A DNA stretch of 64,000 bases from Clostridia bacterium. Lineage in GTDB: Bacteria; Bacillota; Clostridia; TANB77; CAG-508. Made by a program: the position numbers and the translations under genes. Below are positions 61,356 to 64,000 of this stretch, one piece after another. How positions within the stretch are numbered: position 1 is the stretch's first letter; each line of letters starts with the position of its first letter. The stretch spans positions 167,216-231,215 of the forward strand of contig JARHYK010000002.1 in assembly GCA_029258515.1 (NCBI GenBank). The letters are read 5' to 3'. Under the pieces are notes generated by a model, which saw only the letters and a list, made by a program, of their open reading frames with translations, was not told the DNA's origin and made no database searches.

Positions 61356-62075
61356 ATGATATGGATGTATAAATTAGATAAAAAAACTTATGATACATAT
61401 AAAGAATTTTTCTTTTTTGGAATTGATGATAATGGCAAAAGACAGTTTATGGATGCTCTTTTATATTTTACTTATTACAAAGAAATATTTAATAAGTCTA
61501 TATTGGATGAAGATAAAAAACTAGAAGAAGGAATTAAAGAAAGATTAATAAAAAAAGCAGCTATAATATATTTACAATATTATAAATTTATTGAAATGAA
61601 TAATAGTGTAGAAAAAAATCGTAATTATTTTAAAGAAAAAAAAGTACAAATAAATGAAATGGCAGAAATGCAAATTAGAGAAATTTTAAATAGAAAAGTC
61701 CAAAATGGAGAAATTAAAATAAAAAAAGATGAGATTACTTTTTCAAGAGATTATATGAAAAAGTATTTACATTATCCAGAATTTTCAATACCTCAAGATC
61801 CACAAGAATATATTATAAGAAATTGGACTGAGGAAGTTTATGATATTTTGAAGTATTTAGAAGAAGCTGAAAAAAATAATCCTAAAGGATATTATGATAT
61901 TTGGCTAAGAACGAGAATAAAAAGATTAGAGAAAAATCAATATAAAAATCAAGATGAAATATTAAAATTAAAACAATTGGCTAAAAAAGTTAGAAAGAGA
62001 AGATTAGAAGAGAAAAATCAAGAACCAAAGGATAATATTCTTGTTAAGAGTTTAGATGAACAATTAGAATTTTAA
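61356..62075 (+). CDS. hypothetical cytoplasmic protein at the end of the GT operon
   Basis: 239 aa, Lys/Glu-rich. No family recognised. Confidence 0.4.
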   Translation: MIWMYKLDKKTYDTYKEFFFFGIDDNGKRQFMDALLYFTYYKEIFNKSILDEDKKLEEGIKERLIKKAAIIYLQYYKFIEMNNSVEKNRNYFKEKKVQINEMAEMQIREILNRKVQNGEIKIKKDEITFSRDYMKKYLHYPEFSIPQDPQEYIIRNWTEEVYDILKYLEEAEKNNPKGYYDIWLRTRIKRLEKNQYKNQDEILKLKQLAKKVRKRRLEEKNQEPKDNILVKSLDEQLEF

Positions 62076-62217
62076 AGATTTATTTAATGTAGTAAGCATA
62101 TTATATGTTTACTATATTTTTTTTATTTAATATAAATATTGTAATTATGTCAAAAAAATGATATATTAGTGGAAAAGAAAGAATAAAATATACTATATTA
62201 AAAATAGAGGTGTAGAT

Positions 62218-63144
62218 ATGCAAATTAAGGATCTAATAGAAAAATCAAATTTAAGTATTCCTAAAGAACAAATTATATATGATGAACCTATGAAAAAACA
62301 TACTAGCTTTAAAATTGGTGGAGAAGCAGAGGTATTTATAAAAGCAAAAAGTGAATTGGAATTGAAGTCTTTATTAGAATTTGTAAATAAAAATAAAATT
62401 CCTAGTTATATTGTAGGAAATGGAAGTAATTTATTAGTGCAAGATGAAGGAATTGAAGGAATTGTAATTAAAATAGATATTCAAAAGTTAGAAATTCAAA
62501 AAAAAGAAAATGGTGATATATTTGTAAAAGTGGGTGCAGGTAATAAATTGGGAAAATTAGCATTTGAACTTGCTAATGATAATGTTTCAGGACTAGAAGA
62601 ATTAGCAGGAATACCAGGAAGCATTGGTGGAGCAATAAGGATGAATGCTGGTGCTCATGGGAAAGAAATGAAAGATATTGTTCAAGAGGCAAGAATAATA
62701 GATAGAGAAGGCAAAAGTAGAGTTTTAAAAAATGAAGAATTAAAGTTTGAATATAGAAATAGTATTTTTTCTAAGAAAGACTATATTGTAACAGAGGTTA
62801 CTTTAAAATTACAAGAAGGAAAAAGAGAAGAAATATTAAAAAAAATAAAAGAATATGCCGATATAAGAAGAGAAAAGCAACCATTGGAATATCCTAGTGC
62901 AGGAAGTACTTTTAAAAGAGGAGATACATATATAACAGCAAAATTAATTGATGAATGTGGATTAAAAGGATATAAAATAGGTGGAGCAGAAGTATCTAAA
63001 AAACATGCAGGTTTTATTGTGAACAAAGGAAATGCAACAGAAAATGATATATTGAAATTAGTAGAGCATGTTAAAAAAGAAGTATTTAGAAAATTTGGAG
63101 AAGATATTGAATTAGAAATTGAAATATTGGGAGGAAAAAAATGA
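62218..63144 (+). CDS. murB: UDP-N-acetylenolpyruvoylglucosamine reductase
   Basis: FAD-binding domain motifs (GGEAEVF, VGNGSNLL) and a MurB C-terminal domain. Confidence 0.85.
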   Translation: MQIKDLIEKSNLSIPKEQIIYDEPMKKHTSFKIGGEAEVFIKAKSELELKSLLEFVNKNKIPSYIVGNGSNLLVQDEGIEGIVIKIDIQKLEIQKKENGDIFVKVGAGNKLGKLAFELANDNVSGLEELAGIPGSIGGAIRMNAGAHGKEMKDIVQEARIIDREGKSRVLKNEELKFEYRNSIFSKKDYIVTEVTLKLQEGKREEILKKIKEYADIRREKQPLEYPSAGSTFKRGDTYITAKLIDECGLKGYKIGGAEVSKKHAGFIVNKGNATENDILKLVEHVKKEVFRKFGEDIELEIEILGGKK

Positions 63145-64000
63145 AAGGATTTTTAAAATGGTTTAATAACAATTCAAAAATGAAAAGATGGATGTTTTTA
63201 ATATTATTAGGTATAATACTTACATGTTTTGGAATAGCTGAAGTGTTAGTTTTAGAAGATATGTCATTTCAAAAAGTAGGAGTAATAATTTTAATATTTG
63301 TAGTGGGATTTGTATTAGCTGTAACAGGTCTTGTAGGCTTAAATAAAAGAACTTTAGAAGTATTAGTTGAATCAACAGATGGAAGAATGCAAAATAGAAA
63401 AAATGTAAATGTTAAATCATTAATATTTGATAAAAAAGTATATGATAGAGGACCTAATATTGTTGTAATAGGTGGAGGAACAGGATTAAATACAGTTCTT
63501 TCAGGATTAAAAAAATATACTAATAATTTAACTGCAATAGTTACAATATCTGATTATGGAGAGAAAAAAAGTAGTTTGAAACAAGAATTGGGATTATTAC
63601 CATTAAATGATGTAAAAGATAGTATAATTGCATTGTCTAATGATGAAAATGAGATGAGTAGCTTATTAAATTATGAATTTGATGAAGGAAAATTAAAAGG
63701 TTTATCATTTGCTGATATATATTTTTCAGCTATGAAAAATGTAAATAAAGATTTTGCTGCATCAGTAATGAAAAGTGATGAAATTTTAAATATGACAGGA
63801 AAGGTGTTACCTGTAACATTAGATGAAATGAATATTACAGCTGAACTTGAAAATGGGTATGTAATAACAGAAAAATCAAGAATTCCAGAAGTAGTGTATG
63901 ATAAAGTAACTAAAATAAATAGAATATATTTAAATCCATCAAATTGTAGACCAGCACCAGGAGTAATTGATGAAATTAAAAATGCAGACTGTATAATAAT
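63141..64000 (+). CDS. YvcK/CofD-like gluconeogenesis-factor family protein with an extra N-terminal TM anchor (3' end beyond the window)
   Basis: Motif IVVIGGGTGLNTVLSGLK. The preceding two hydrophobic helices are not typical of YvcK. Overlaps the murB stop. Confidence 0.6.
   Translation, partial: MKGFLKWFNNNSKMKRWMFLILLGIILTCFGIAEVLVLEDMSFQKVGVIILIFVVGFVLAVTGLVGLNKRTLEVLVESTDGRMQNRKNVNVKSLIFDKKVYDRGPNIVVIGGGTGLNTVLSGLKKYTNNLTAIVTISDYGEKKSSLKQELGLLPLNDVKDSIIALSNDENEMSSLLNYEFDEGKLKGLSFADIYFSAMKNVNKDFAASVMKSDEILNMTGKVLPVTLDEMNITAELENGYVITEKSRIPEVVYDKVTKINRIYLNPSNCRPAPGVIDEIKNADCII

Overview
This is a 64 kb chromosomal segment from a very AT-rich (about 27% GC), spore-forming Firmicute of Clostridium type. 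spoIIM, a SigE/SigK-type sigma factor and a FemAB-family peptidoglycan gene next to alr are all consistent with a C. perfringens-like organism. The backbone is dense housekeeping: glyQS behind a T-box leader, pgi, tmcAL, rnhA, xerD, the infC-rpmI-rplT operon with its L20 leader, rlmD, metG, ftsH, alr, murB, and a yvcK-like gene. There are two tRNAs (Trp-CCA and Leu-TAA) and a tmRNA (ssrA) on the minus strand. Accessory content includes a BceAB-like ABC transporter with its two-component system, a GH57/DUF4912 glycogen-related pair, an SPFH/NfeD pair, a DUF402 plus radical-SAM cassette, and a six-glycosyltransferase surface-polysaccharide locus with a Wzy-like polymerase. The most unusual element is a pair of paralogous genes (2801..4354 and 30734..32233). 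Each encodes a type-IV prepilin-like leader and N-terminal helix fused to an FGE-sulfatase (C-type-lectin-fold) domain. The last 35 codons of each carry the compositional hallmarks of a diversity-generating-retroelement (DGR) variable region. The second copy sits beside an ABC transporter, a GntR regulator and a divergently transcribed sporulation-type sigma factor with an unexplained C-terminal extension. No reverse transcriptase or template repeat is present in this window. No CRISPR arrays, IS elements or rRNA genes were seen.
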